DNA of 64,000 bases from a virus. The position numbers were made by a program, and so were the translations under genes. The stretch lies in IMG/VR virus record IMGVR_UViG_3300050821_003452, positions 12,590-76,589 of that record; one strand, 5' to 3'. The notes beneath the pieces are model-generated. The model had not been told where the DNA came from. It saw only the letters and a list, made by a program, of their open reading frames with translations, and did not search any database. Shown piece by piece: positions 34,122-44,026 of the stretch (position 1 is the stretch's first letter; each line of letters begins with the position of its first letter).

Positions 34122-35761
34122 TGGAATTGCTTCGCAATGAGAGAATTACGCGCCTGAAAATGGCGACGATGAAGCTGCAAGAAAAGCAGCAAGCCAAAGC
34201 CTATGAAGGTCATCTTATTGATTTTGTGAAGTATTGCTGGTCGATTGTGGACCCAGCCATTCCTTTTATTGAAGGCTGGGCAATTTCGGCAATATCTGAG
34301 CATTTAGAGGCTGTTACAAGAGGCGAGATAAGAAGGCTTCTTATCAACGTGCCTCCGGGCTTTTCAAAAAGCACATTGACCAACGTGATGTGGCCGGCAT
34401 GGGAGTGGGGACCACAAAATCGGCCTTGGTATCGATATGTCTGTGCCTCTTATTCGAACCACCTGACCGAGCGCGACAACATGAAGTGCCGGAACGTGGT
34501 TATGTCCGAGCGCTATCAGAAACTTTGGGGCAACAGGTTCAAAATCTCCAACGAGCAGTTCACCAAGGTCAAATTCGCCAACGATCAGACTGGCTGGAAA
34601 CTGGCGACTTCGACTGGAGGCATCGGCGTCGGTGAGCGTGGCGATAGGTTCGTGATCGACGACGCCAACAACACCATGATGATGGAGAGTGAGGCCGTCC
34701 GCTGGACCACCAATATGTGGTTTACGGAAGTCGTGCCTGACCGACTTAATAATCCCAAAGACAGCGCAATTGTCGTTATTCAACAGAGACTTCATGAGGA
34801 AGACGTTTCTGGCGTGGCCCTCTCAAGGAATCTTGGCTACACGCATCTCTGCGTTCCAATGGAGTATGTACCGCACGGCATGGTAAATGGGTATGATACT
34901 ACCGGAAAGATCAGGAATTTCGATACTTGGGATGCTGAAGAGGAACAGCCAGTTAAGGTCTTCTGGCAAGACCCACGCACGCAAGACGGAGAGCCGGCGT
35001 GGCCAGAGCGATTTGGCCCGGATGAAATTGAGGAACTAAAAAGTGCCAAGGGGCCATACGCTTGGGCTGGTCAGTATCAGCAAACCCCCGAAGTTCGTGG
35101 TGGTAGCATCATACGGCGAGACTACTGGCAGCACTGGGAAGCTCCACGCTTTCCAGATAATATAGAATACATACTGGCCTCCTTGGATACCGCTTACACC
35201 GAGAAACAAGAAAACGACGCCAGTGCCCTGACGATCTGGGGTGTTTTTAGGGATGCCAACAAGAACCCCAAGGTTATCTTGCTTTATGCGTGGGAAGAGC
35301 GCCTAGAAATTCATAAGCTTGTTCAAAGGGTTATAAGTAGCTGTAAAGGTGATGCGGCAACCGGGAGGCCGCCTGTAGATAGGTTGCTTATTGAGGCCAA
35401 GGCTTCAGGCTTATCAGTTAGTCAGGAAATTCGCAGAATAATTGGCTTCAATGGTGAATTCGGTATCGAGCTAATTAATCCCACCAAGCAGGGCGATAAA
35501 GTCGCCCGCGCGCACAGCGTTATTCATATGTTCTCAGATGGCATGATCTACACCCCCAAAGGTTATACTTGGTGTGACAAAGTAATTGATCAGTCTGCCG
35601 TTTTCCCCAAAGGCTCTCATGATGACTTGGTGGATAGTACTACTATGGCCCTGAGATATCTGCGCGATTTCGGCTTCGCTCTAATGCGAGAGGAAGCCAA
35701 ATTCGACCTTGAAGAAGAATTCCGATATCGTCCCCGCCAGCGCGTGCTCTACCCGTGCTAG
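34121..35761 (+). CDS. terL: Terminase large subunit
   Basis: RLLINVPPGFSKS, FVIDD, IQQRLHEED, SLDTA, IEAKASG, FPKGSHDDLVD. Confidence 0.95.
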   Translation: MELLRNERITRLKMATMKLQEKQQAKAYEGHLIDFVKYCWSIVDPAIPFIEGWAISAISEHLEAVTRGEIRRLLINVPPGFSKSTLTNVMWPAWEWGPQNRPWYRYVCASYSNHLTERDNMKCRNVVMSERYQKLWGNRFKISNEQFTKVKFANDQTGWKLATSTGGIGVGERGDRFVIDDANNTMMMESEAVRWTTNMWFTEVVPDRLNNPKDSAIVVIQQRLHEEDVSGVALSRNLGYTHLCVPMEYVPHGMVNGYDTTGKIRNFDTWDAEEEQPVKVFWQDPRTQDGEPAWPERFGPDEIEELKSAKGPYAWAGQYQQTPEVRGGSIIRRDYWQHWEAPRFPDNIEYILASLDTAYTEKQENDASALTIWGVFRDANKNPKVILLYAWEERLEIHKLVQRVISSCKGDAATGRPPVDRLLIEAKASGLSVSQEIRRIIGFNGEFGIELINPTKQGDKVARAHSVIHMFSDGMIYTPKGYTWCDKVIDQSAVFPKGSHDDLVDSTTMALRYLRDFGFALMREEAKFDLEEEFRYRPRQRVLYPC

Positions 35762-35769
35762 GGGCTTAA

Positions 35770-38601
35770 ATGGTCAGGTCAGTTAATACCGGCACAATCC
35801 GCTTGGATGACCCCAAGCAGCAAAATCCATTTACCTTGCCGTCTACTGTTAATCTGCCACAGCCGGCACCAAACGGTGCCATGACCATTGAAAATGGCAT
35901 AGGCAAGACTGAACATCCTGATGGATCGCTGACGGTTGATTTTTCTCCTAAGGCTACACAAGCAAAAGGTAAATCTGGGGACTGGTTTGGAAATCTTGCC
36001 GACGAGATTGATGCTGGCGAGCTATCTAGGATTGCCTCAGAGCTTCTGGAAGGCATTCAATCCGATGATCAGTCTCGTAAAGACTGGCTAGAGACCCGCG
36101 CAAGAGGTATTGCGCTTCTTGGACTTAAATTGAATGAGCCCAAGGGAGAAGTAACTTCAGAGGGCGTGTCTTCGGTCCAGCACCCTCTTTTATTGGAAGC
36201 CACCCTTCGATTTCAAGCCAATGCCAGAGGTGAGTTGCTGCCGGCAGCAGGTCCAATAAAAATCCGCAATGACGCGCCCGTTGCCCCAAAAATACCATCT
36301 TATACGATGCCAATGTCTAACCCGCAGGGTCCGCCTGCTGGTCCGGGTGGCGGTCCTCCACAACCGCCTCAATCGCAACCTGCCCCCGGTGCGATGCCGT
36401 CACCCGGAGCCCCTCCCAACGGGGGGCCTCCTATTCCACCCCCGCCGCCTACCCCGGGCTCTGGGCCTATGCCCGGCCCGGGGGCTTCTCCGCAACAGCC
36501 GCCCCCGCCTCAGACTGGATTGATGGCGCCGCCCAAGCCGGTCATTCCCGGGGGCATGAATTCTGCTTCAGATGAATTAGCAGAAGCGCTTGAGACTGAC
36601 CTTAATCATTGGATTACGGCAGTCGCGACAGAATACTATCCCGACACCGATAGAATGTTGTTCTGGGTTGGATGCGGCGGCCAAGGTATCAAGAAAGTAT
36701 ACAACTGCCCGCTACGAAGGAGACCCGTTTCCGAAAGCATCGATGCGGAAGATTTGATTGTCTCCAACGCCGAAACAAATCTGGAAAACTGCGGGAGAAT
36801 TACTCACCGCATCAAGATGCGTCCCGCCGTTCTCAAGCGCATGCAATTGGTGGGCGCTTATCGCGACATAGAATTGACTGGGCAGCAATACATGATGCCC
36901 GATCCTGTTAAAGAGAAGAAACAGGAAATCCAAGGCATTATTCCGCAAGTAAATCGTCCGCAGGATGCCGAGCATGAAATCTATGAGTGTTACTGCGAAT
37001 TGGATATCTCTGGTTTTGAACACAAGACTAAAGGCAAGATAACAGGACTTCAGCTTCCCTATGTCGCCACCATCCACAAAGAGAGCCGGCAAATCCTCGC
37101 GCTTCGCCGCAACTGGCGCGAAGACGATAAAATGTGCATGGCGAAGGAATATTTCGTTGATTTTGCCTTTGTGCGCGCTCTTGGCTTTTATGGTATTGGC
37201 CTTATCCATATTCTTGGAAACACCACAAGCGCCCTGACGGCAGCGTGGCGTATTCAGCTTGATGCCGGGATGTTTTCTTGCTTTCCCGGCTTTGTTTACG
37301 CCAAGCAATTTGGCCGGCAACTCACCAATCAATTCCGCGTTCCCCCGGGCGGTGGCATTCCCATCGATACCGGCAACATGCGTATTCAGGATGCTGTCAT
37401 GCCGCTCCCTTATAAGGAGCCCGGCAGCGCATTCATGCAACTGACCCAGAATATCGAACAGCTTGGTCAGCGTGTTGGCGGCACGGCTGAAATCTCGGTT
37501 GGCGAAGGCAACCAAGAGGCCCCGGTAGGCACGACGCTGGCGCTGATTGAGCAGGCTACCAAGACCATGGATGCCGTGCATAAGCGGCTTACGTCTGCGC
37601 AGGCCAAGGAATTCCAGCTTCTCAAGGAGCGCTTCAAAGAAGACCCGGAAGCCTTCTGGCGCCATAACAAGCGTCAGACGCATCCTTGGGAGAAGAAGCA
37701 GTTTCTTGAGGCGCTAGACAATAGCAATCTTGTTCCTGTTGCCGATCCGAACAATCCGACCAGCATGCACCGCATTGCCAAGGCGGTGGTGATCAAGACG
37801 CTTCAGCAGGGCGCTCCCGATCTTTATGATCCAATCGCAGTCGATACCCGCATTATGCGGATTACGGGCATCGATCCCGAGGGCCTCTTCAGGCAGACAC
37901 CGCAGGAGCCGCCGCCCAATCCAAATCTCATTGCAGCGCAGGCCAAGCAGCAAGCCAACCAGCAACAGGCTCAAAGCCAGATGTTGCAGATGCAATTGAA
38001 AATGAAAATTCAGGAGATGCAGTCTCAGGACAAGGCTGCTGACCGCACTTCACGCGAGAAGACCGAGCAGATGAAGATCATGCTTGAGCGTCTTCGCATT
38101 CAGGAAGAGAGCATTATCCATCGCGGGCAGGCCGAGCAGGAAATGCATCACAAGGCCCTCAATCTTTTGATGGACCATCAAAGCGATCAGGCCAAGAACC
38201 AGAATGACATTGCCATGCAGCAGCAGAAGCAGGCCGCTGATATGGAAATGAAACGCGGCGGCATGGTCTTGGATATGCACCACAAGCATATTGAGAAACA
38301 GCATGACCTTGATATGCAGCGCGAGACCCACGCTCAGGAAATGCAAATGGAGCGCGAGCGTCACCAACATGAGCTTGAGCTATTGCGGGACAAGCATGAG
38401 AAAGAGCTTGAGCATAAGAAGGCCACGTCCAATGCTGATCTCAAGCATCAGCGATCCATGGACCGGCAGGAAGTCACCAGCAAGCGCCACGAAATCCAGA
38501 GCAAGGAGCGCATCGCCAAGATTGGTGCGCAGGCCAAGATCGCGGTGGCCAAGCAGGCGGCCAAGCACAGGCCGAAACCCACAAGTGGGGGAAGCAAATG
38601 A
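35770..38601 (+). CDS. Portal protein (podovirus type) with Pro-rich insertion and long coiled-coil tail
   Basis: Follows terL; SRKDW, HPLLLEA...QANA..ELLPA.GP, GFYGIGLIH, PLPYKEP, PVGTTLAL. Confidence 0.88.
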   Translation: MVRSVNTGTIRLDDPKQQNPFTLPSTVNLPQPAPNGAMTIENGIGKTEHPDGSLTVDFSPKATQAKGKSGDWFGNLADEIDAGELSRIASELLEGIQSDDQSRKDWLETRARGIALLGLKLNEPKGEVTSEGVSSVQHPLLLEATLRFQANARGELLPAAGPIKIRNDAPVAPKIPSYTMPMSNPQGPPAGPGGGPPQPPQSQPAPGAMPSPGAPPNGGPPIPPPPPTPGSGPMPGPGASPQQPPPPQTGLMAPPKPVIPGGMNSASDELAEALETDLNHWITAVATEYYPDTDRMLFWVGCGGQGIKKVYNCPLRRRPVSESIDAEDLIVSNAETNLENCGRITHRIKMRPAVLKRMQLVGAYRDIELTGQQYMMPDPVKEKKQEIQGIIPQVNRPQDAEHEIYECYCELDISGFEHKTKGKITGLQLPYVATIHKESRQILALRRNWREDDKMCMAKEYFVDFAFVRALGFYGIGLIHILGNTTSALTAAWRIQLDAGMFSCFPGFVYAKQFGRQLTNQFRVPPGGGIPIDTGNMRIQDAVMPLPYKEPGSAFMQLTQNIEQLGQRVGGTAEISVGEGNQEAPVGTTLALIEQATKTMDAVHKRLTSAQAKEFQLLKERFKEDPEAFWRHNKRQTHPWEKKQFLEALDNSNLVPVADPNNPTSMHRIAKAVVIKTLQQGAPDLYDPIAVDTRIMRITGIDPEGLFRQTPQEPPPNPNLIAAQAKQQANQQQAQSQMLQMQLKMKIQEMQSQDKAADRTSREKTEQMKIMLERLRIQEESIIHRGQAEQEMHHKALNLLMDHQSDQAKNQNDIAMQQQKQAADMEMKRGGMVLDMHHKHIEKQHDLDMQRETHAQEMQMERERHQHELELLRDKHEKELEHKKATSNADLKHQRSMDRQEVTSKRHEIQSKERIAKIGAQAKIAVAKQAAKHRPKPTSGGSK

Positions 38602-38858
38602 CCACGGCGCCCAATTTGATCGTTCTGGCGGGCTTTTTGCCTGAGTTTCAAATTGGCGCTACAGTACGCCTGAAATCTGGCAGCCCGACCATGACTGTGA
38701 CGGCGGTAGAAGACCGACACGTTGAAGTTCACTGGTTTGAGGGCGATGTTGGAATGCAGAAGATTTTCCCGGTAGCGGCATTGAAAGCCATATCGAAGTC
38801 TAGGAGAGAGCAGGATGAAACCGTTTGCGGACGAAGCTCACAAGACAAAGCGGGCTAA
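38598..38858 (+). CDS. YodC/DUF2158-like protein
   Basis: FQIGATVRLKSGSPTMTV...VHWF. Confidence 0.75.
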   Translation: MTTAPNLIVLAGFLPEFQIGATVRLKSGSPTMTVTAVEDRHVEVHWFEGDVGMQKIFPVAALKAISKSRREQDETVCGRSSQDKAG

Positions 38859-39066
38859 GATGGGCTGCATAACCGGCTCGCCAGCCAACTTCGAAAGTGG
38901 CGCAGATAAAGCCGAGCGCCTTTGCCGTGGCGGCATGGCCGATGGTGGAGAAGTGGAAGCAACCCCGCTCCCGGCAAGCCCTTTCGAAGAAGTAAAACCT
39001 ATTAAATCCCCGCGTTCCGGGCGAGCGCCTCGCCAGCCAGTGACCCCACCCCCTAATGAAATGTAA
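38815..39066 (+). CDS. Small GG-motif protein
   Basis: LCRGGMADGGEV. Confidence 0.55.
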   Translation: MKPFADEAHKTKRAKMGCITGSPANFESGADKAERLCRGGMADGGEVEATPLPASPFEEVKPIKSPRSGRAPRQPVTPPPNEM

Positions 39067-39077
39067 GGAAACCCAAT

Positions 39078-39374
39078 ATGTCTCACCCCTTCAAGAAAGA
39101 AGCCCACAAGAGCCACAAGGAAAAAGCCAAGAGCATGGGCAGGGTGAACAACCTTGATATCCCTATTATGAGCGCTGTTGGCGAGAACCGCGCTGGCGGC
39201 ATCCATGAAAGCTCAGCGACCATGCAGCATATGAAACAGGCCGGCGATAATGGCATGAAGCGCGGTGGAAGAGCCTATCCACTTCATGAAGCCGGCTCAG
39301 GCAGTGGTGAGGGTCGTCTTCAGAAGAACCACAAGGGCAAGCCGCCGTTAAAGCCGATTATGCATGGCGACTAA
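39078..39374 (+). CDS. Small basic GG-motif protein
   Basis: GMKRGGRA, AGSGSGEGRLQK; AAGGA RBS. Confidence 0.65.
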   Translation: MSHPFKKEAHKSHKEKAKSMGRVNNLDIPIMSAVGENRAGGIHESSATMQHMKQAGDNGMKRGGRAYPLHEAGSGSGEGRLQKNHKGKPPLKPIMHGD

Positions 39375-39562
39375 TGGAAACCGTCTTTGAAAGACGCCTG
39401 AAAGAGAAAATCGGCTTGATGCGCGACATGGTAATCCAGTCCATGGCCGATACCGGGTATTCCTCTTTTGACGAATACAGGTACAATCTGGGTTATCTTC
39501 AGGCGCTCAGGCGTGTGGTTGAAGAAATAGAAGAAGTCCAAGACGAACTAAGGAAATCCTGA
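39374..39562 (+). CDS. Small conserved head-region protein
   Basis: SFDEYRY..GYLQAL. Confidence 0.65.
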   Translation: METVFERRLKEKIGLMRDMVIQSMADTGYSSFDEYRYNLGYLQALRRVVEEIEEVQDELRKS

Positions 39563-39972
39563 TGCCGGTTGTTTCTGCCCAAAAAATTACCCAGCTTTCA
39601 CAAGCAAAAGACCCAAAAACCGCAATGTTAGAGGCAATTGGGGATACTTCCGGGGAAGAGCTTTTCCACAATCAGATTTTGGTTGTGACCTATGTGAGAC
39701 CCGAAAAGACCACTGGCGGCATCATCCGGCCTCAGACGAATGTAGGAGAGGATGAATATCAGGGAAAGGTGGGATTAGTGGTAAAGAAGGGAAAGACCGC
39801 CTTCGTTTCTGACGACGAACAGGACTTCAAGGACCAAGACGTTGATGTTGGCGACTGGGTTGTTTACCGCGTGGGGGACGGTTGGGCTTTGACTATTCGC
39901 GGTACGCCGTGTCGCATTCTTACTGATCGAACCATCCGAATGAAAGTTAAAAGCCCGGAGGATATTTTCTGA
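39562..39972 (+). CDS. GroES-like co-chaperonin
   Basis: ILV....PEKTTGGII.P, VGLVVKKG..AF, VDVGDWVVY. Confidence 0.8.
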   Translation: MPVVSAQKITQLSQAKDPKTAMLEAIGDTSGEELFHNQILVVTYVRPEKTTGGIIRPQTNVGEDEYQGKVGLVVKKGKTAFVSDDEQDFKDQDVDVGDWVVYRVGDGWALTIRGTPCRILTDRTIRMKVKSPEDIF

Positions 39973-41042
39973 TGCCGCGCACGCGTCCACTTAAAACCAA
40001 GGAGGAAATCGACAAGGTTCCTCTTGAGAGGCCGGTTACTGTTTCTCTCGAACCAGATGGAGTGGTCAATCTTGAGGACGAGCAAAATCCATTTGAGGAA
40101 AATCAGCCGCTTAAAACCAAGACGAAGCCCGCACAATCTGAGCAAGTTCCAGATAGACAGACTGGAAAAACGCGCCCTCAAAATGGGGCTACCGATCCCG
40201 AAGATGACGTATCGGACCTAAGGCAACAGCTTGAGGATATGCGTCGCGCCAAAGACGAGGGCGATAAGCGCATTGCCGCCGAAATCCGCGCCCGTCAGGA
40301 AGCCGAAAAAGCGGTTCGCGAGCGTGAGCGTGAAGCTTCTCACTCGCGCGTGCGCGCCGAAGATGCTGAATACGATGCCATTCTTAATGCCATCGATGCC
40401 GCGAAATCAGAGGCCGAGCGGGCCGAGCGCGATATCGCCATGGCCAGTGAGGCCGGCGATCACAAGACGGTAGCAGAAGCCAATCGCCGTCTTGCGCGGG
40501 CCGAAAGCCGATTGGCGCAGCTAGAAGACGGCAAAGAAGCCATTGAAAGCCAGAAAACAGTAGAAGCCGCGCGGCTCAAGGCGGAACGCGAAAATCCTCG
40601 CCAGCAAGAGCGTCAGGCTCCCGGCTCGATTGACGAATATATCGATCAGCTTCCCAATTTAATGCCAAGCCAGCGTGATTGGCTCAGGGAGCATCCAGAC
40701 GCGCTCACCAACCCAAGGCTCAATATGCGACTTCAGGGCGCGCATGTTGAAGCCGAAGATCAGGGTTTGCGTCCGGGTAGCCAGAAATATTTTGACTACC
40801 TTGAGAGCCGCCTTGGCTACACAGAACAGGAAGATGAGGAAACACAAGTGAACAGAACGCCTGTATCGGCGCCACCCTCCAAGGCCGCTACCAATCCATC
40901 CACTGGCAGGCCCAGCACGCGGCAGATTACCCTCACTCCGGAACAGCGCGAGATTGCGCGTCTGTCTGGTATCGATGAAATCACATATGCCAAGCAACTT
41001 CAGAAGCTTAATGCCATGAAGGCTGAGGGCACACTTAACTAG
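39972..41042 (+). CDS. Probable capsid scaffolding protein
   Basis: Acidic coiled coil upstream of MCP; C-terminal ITLTPEQREIARLSG...YAKQ. Confidence 0.65.
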   Translation: MPRTRPLKTKEEIDKVPLERPVTVSLEPDGVVNLEDEQNPFEENQPLKTKTKPAQSEQVPDRQTGKTRPQNGATDPEDDVSDLRQQLEDMRRAKDEGDKRIAAEIRARQEAEKAVREREREASHSRVRAEDAEYDAILNAIDAAKSEAERAERDIAMASEAGDHKTVAEANRRLARAESRLAQLEDGKEAIESQKTVEAARLKAERENPRQQERQAPGSIDEYIDQLPNLMPSQRDWLREHPDALTNPRLNMRLQGAHVEAEDQGLRPGSQKYFDYLESRLGYTEQEDEETQVNRTPVSAPPSKAATNPSTGRPSTRQITLTPEQREIARLSGIDEITYAKQLQKLNAMKAEGTLN

Positions 41043-41052
41043 GAGAAATCAA

Positions 41053-41649
41053 ATGGGCCGTCCCCCGGGCGTCAAGAACAAGCCCAAGGTTGCTACCGTT
41101 GAGCAGGTTGGTGGGACCATGAAGTCCACGCCGCGTATGGCCGGCTCAACTGCAAGGGAAGCCATTGCTCCGCTTAAAACCAAGGCCAAGCCAGTTCGTG
41201 TCGATCAGCAAGTCTATGATCGCAGAGTGGCTTTGGAGGAAGAGCAGGACGCACTTTATATTCCGCCCGAGCTTATTCCTGATGGCATGAGATATAACTG
41301 GAAGACGCTTTCGGTACTGGGCCAGCAGCAAACCCGCAGATTTGGCCGGTTTGAGGCCACCGGATGGTCTCCAGTCCCGGCAGAGCGTCATCCGGGCCTG
41401 TTTACTCCCAAGGGCTTCAAGGGAAATATCGAATATGACGGCTTGGTCCTGATGGAAAAGCCGGAAGAGTTGTGTCTGCAAAGCGAGGCCCGGGAATATA
41501 TGAAAGCCCGCGCCCAAGTGATGGGTAAAGAAGCCCAGATAAGGGGTGGCGATGTAGATGGCGTTGGATTTGACACCAAGCATCGCTCTGCACAGCGCGT
41601 TAATCGCGTAAGTAAATCCTATGAGCCTTTCAAGGTCCCTGAAGAATGA
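41053..41649 (+). CDS. Conserved head-region hypothetical protein
   Basis: PDGMRYNWK, GWSPVP, DGLVLMEKP. Confidence 0.7.
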   Translation: MGRPPGVKNKPKVATVEQVGGTMKSTPRMAGSTAREAIAPLKTKAKPVRVDQQVYDRRVALEEEQDALYIPPELIPDGMRYNWKTLSVLGQQQTRRFGRFEATGWSPVPAERHPGLFTPKGFKGNIEYDGLVLMEKPEELCLQSEAREYMKARAQVMGKEAQIRGGDVDGVGFDTKHRSAQRVNRVSKSYEPFKVPEE

Positions 41650-41836
41650 GCCAAACTCCAGATATGCCAGACGATTTTTGGCCAGAAGAAATTATTGTAG
41701 TGGGGAAATATAAAAATCACGAATTGGCGTTTGCCATAACCCTTAATGGGTTCCATGCCGGCACCGATTTAGCTGGATTTGAAACGAGTATAAATGCCTT
41801 GCGTCGGTGTCTCTGGAATGAGGTAGAGCACCAAAT

Positions 41837-41870
41837 TTGACAGATATTAGTTTCTGTCATAAATATACTA
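41837..41870 (+). promoter_or_regulatory. Sigma70-like promoter overlapped by an inverted repeat
   Basis: TTGACA-17-TAAATA(TACT); TGACAGA...TCTGTCA. Confidence 0.5.
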
Positions 41871-41963
41871 ACTGTTAAGTACGCGCTGTACTTAATTTCC
41901 CCCTCCATCACGCGCTGTGGTGGCTCAACCGAACGCAACAATTGCGTTCAGAAAGAGCTACCT

Positions 41964-42461
41964 ATGGCTGATACCAACAGGATTAAGGAAAGGGCTATCG
42001 ACGCAGCCGCGCTGCGCGAACAGCTTTCCTATGATCCTGTTTCTGGTGTGTTTGTTTGGCTGAATGACCGTGGATTTAATCCACGATCTAAAGCCGGCAC
42101 ACAGGCTGGAACGGTATTGCCAACCGGCTATCGGTTAATCCGCGTAGATGGCTATCGTTATCTCGCCCATCGTCTTGCTTGGTTCTATGTCCATGGGGTT
42201 TGGCCCTCTGGTGAGATCGATCACTTAAACCAACAGAAAGACGATAATGCGATATCCAACCTGCGGGATGTTGATCGTAAGATCAATGTCTGGAACCGGG
42301 AAATGTCTCCACACAAGCGTCGGTCTGGTTATGTTGCCCGTCTTTATCGAGACGGCAAAATTGTAATCAGGCGGCAATTCCCAACCAAAGAACTTGCGAC
42401 ATTGGCTAGAGAAATAGCCCTAGCGCAGTTCAATGCCTTAAACGGCTACGCAGGAGTATAA
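41964..42461 (+). CDS. HNH homing endonuclease
   Basis: LSYDP.SG.F.W, YLAHRLAW..V.G.WP..EIDHLN..KDDN.ISNLR. Confidence 0.9.
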   Translation: MADTNRIKERAIDAAALREQLSYDPVSGVFVWLNDRGFNPRSKAGTQAGTVLPTGYRLIRVDGYRYLAHRLAWFYVHGVWPSGEIDHLNQQKDDNAISNLRDVDRKINVWNREMSPHKRRSGYVARLYRDGKIVIRRQFPTKELATLAREIALAQFNALNGYAGV

Positions 42462-42464
42462 ATC

Positions 42465-43088
42465 GTGACCAACACAATGGCACCGTTTGGTTTCCGGCAG
42501 TTCCGTCGCCTTGATGGCGGCGCCCCGACTGCTGGCTTTGACACGCTGACCATCGCGTCCAGCGATACCAACCTCTATTTCACGGGCGATCCGGTCGCAA
42601 CTTCGACCACAGGCCCGTATGTCACCACACTTTCAACCGTACAAGTGCTGGTGCGCGGCATCTTCTTTGGTTGCGAATTCTTCAGCCCGACTTTCAACCG
42701 CAAAACTTGGTCGCCGTTCTTTCCGGGCTCTGTCCAGACTTCATCTGGCACCAATGACGCTCAGGCGTGGGTCTGCACTGACCCCGATATGATGTATACG
42801 GTTCAGTGTTCATCGATTGCCCAAGTCACGTCATCCATGATCGGCCTGAACACCGGCCCGAACATGAGCATCGCGCTGCTTTCTTCTCAGGGCAACCAGA
42901 CCACGGGCGTTTCCGTGACAACCTTGTCCACGGTAGCGACGACTAACTCTTCCGCACCCTTCCGCATCATGGACTTGTATTCCAACTGGGCGCCTCCGGG
43001 CGTCAATGGCACGGACAATACCAACGTGGGCAACATCGTGATTGTTGCGCCCAATAACTTCGACCGCAAGAATACCACCGGCATCTAA
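42465..43088 (+). CDS. Virion structural protein (possible capsid decoration), Ser/Thr-rich
   Basis: APFGFR start, GIFFGCEF, DPD; immediately upstream of MCP. Confidence 0.65.
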   Translation: MTNTMAPFGFRQFRRLDGGAPTAGFDTLTIASSDTNLYFTGDPVATSTTGPYVTTLSTVQVLVRGIFFGCEFFSPTFNRKTWSPFFPGSVQTSSGTNDAQAWVCTDPDMMYTVQCSSIAQVTSSMIGLNTGPNMSIALLSSQGNQTTGVSVTTLSTVATTNSSAPFRIMDLYSNWAPPGVNGTDNTNVGNIVIVAPNNFDRKNTTGI

Positions 43089-43100
43089 GGAGTAATCTAA

Positions 43101-44015
43101 ATGCCCGTCGCACTAGCTCAAATTCGTGACTTGCTTCTTCCCGGCCTGTGGGGCGTGAGTGGCAAGTACGAGCAGATCGAGCGTCAGTGGTCCAAGTTGT
43201 TTAAGACCACGGACAGCAAGATGGCGCTAGAGCGCCGGGCGTCCATGCGCTATCTGGGCCTCGCCCAGCTTAAGCAGGAAGGCGGCGTTACTGCCTTCGA
43301 CAATTCAGCCGGCGAGCGGTATGTTTATAACCAAGAACACAACGAAATCGGTCTGGGTTATGCCATCACCCGCAAAGCCATTGATGACAACCTCTACAAG
43401 GCAGAGTTTGGACCATCCAACGATGGTTTGATGGCCTCTTTCCAGCAGACGGAAGAGATATACGGCGCCAACGTGTTCAATACTGGCACCACGTTCAATG
43501 CGAACGTGGGCGGCGATGGTGTGGCACTTTACTCAACTGCGCACCCGATTGACGGCAATACCATCGGCAATCGTCCGACCACCGATCAGGACTTGAACGA
43601 GACTTCGCTGCTGAACGCCGGCATTTCCGTGCGCTCGACTTGGCGAGACAACGCTAATCTGAAGATTTACGCTCGCGCCAAGAAGACGATTATTCCGACC
43701 CAGCTTGAGCCGATTGCGCTACGCCTGTTCAGATCAGAGCTTCGTCCGGGCACGGCAGACAACGATGTTAACGCCATCCTTGGAATGAACGATAGCTTCA
43801 AGGAAGGCTTTATCGTTAACGACTATCTGACAAGCTCGTTTGCTTGGTTCTTGCTGACCAACGTGGACGGCCTGATCTACATGAACCGTATCCCGTTTGA
43901 GATGGACATGAGCGTGGAGTTCACGACTGATAACCTGCTGGTCAAGGGTTATCAGCGTTATAGCTTCGGCTATTTCGACTGGCGATCCACGTATGGGAAC
44001 TTTCCTACGAGCTAA
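43101..44015 (+). CDS. Major capsid protein
   Basis: LLLPGL, KQEG, GYAITRKAIDDNLY, GGDGVALYSTAHP, NDVN, AWFLLT, RYSFG..DWR. Confidence 0.85.
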   Translation: MPVALAQIRDLLLPGLWGVSGKYEQIERQWSKLFKTTDSKMALERRASMRYLGLAQLKQEGGVTAFDNSAGERYVYNQEHNEIGLGYAITRKAIDDNLYKAEFGPSNDGLMASFQQTEEIYGANVFNTGTTFNANVGGDGVALYSTAHPIDGNTIGNRPTTDQDLNETSLLNAGISVRSTWRDNANLKIYARAKKTIIPTQLEPIALRLFRSELRPGTADNDVNAILGMNDSFKEGFIVNDYLTSSFAWFLLTNVDGLIYMNRIPFEMDMSVEFTTDNLLVKGYQRYSFGYFDWRSTYGNFPTS

Positions 44016-44026
44016 GGAACAGGAAA

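Noticed and set aside
8680-35761. Acidic C-termini of TerS, PseC-like, PseB and TerL as tag copies
   Set aside because: They do not fit the Phi-[DE]-E-x3-[AG]-Q-x-Phi-Phi spacing and look like native family features.
41880-42461. Group I intron around the HNH genes (also 57968)
   Set aside because: Flanking genes appear intact and no intron core elements were recognised; treated as free-standing homing endonucleases.
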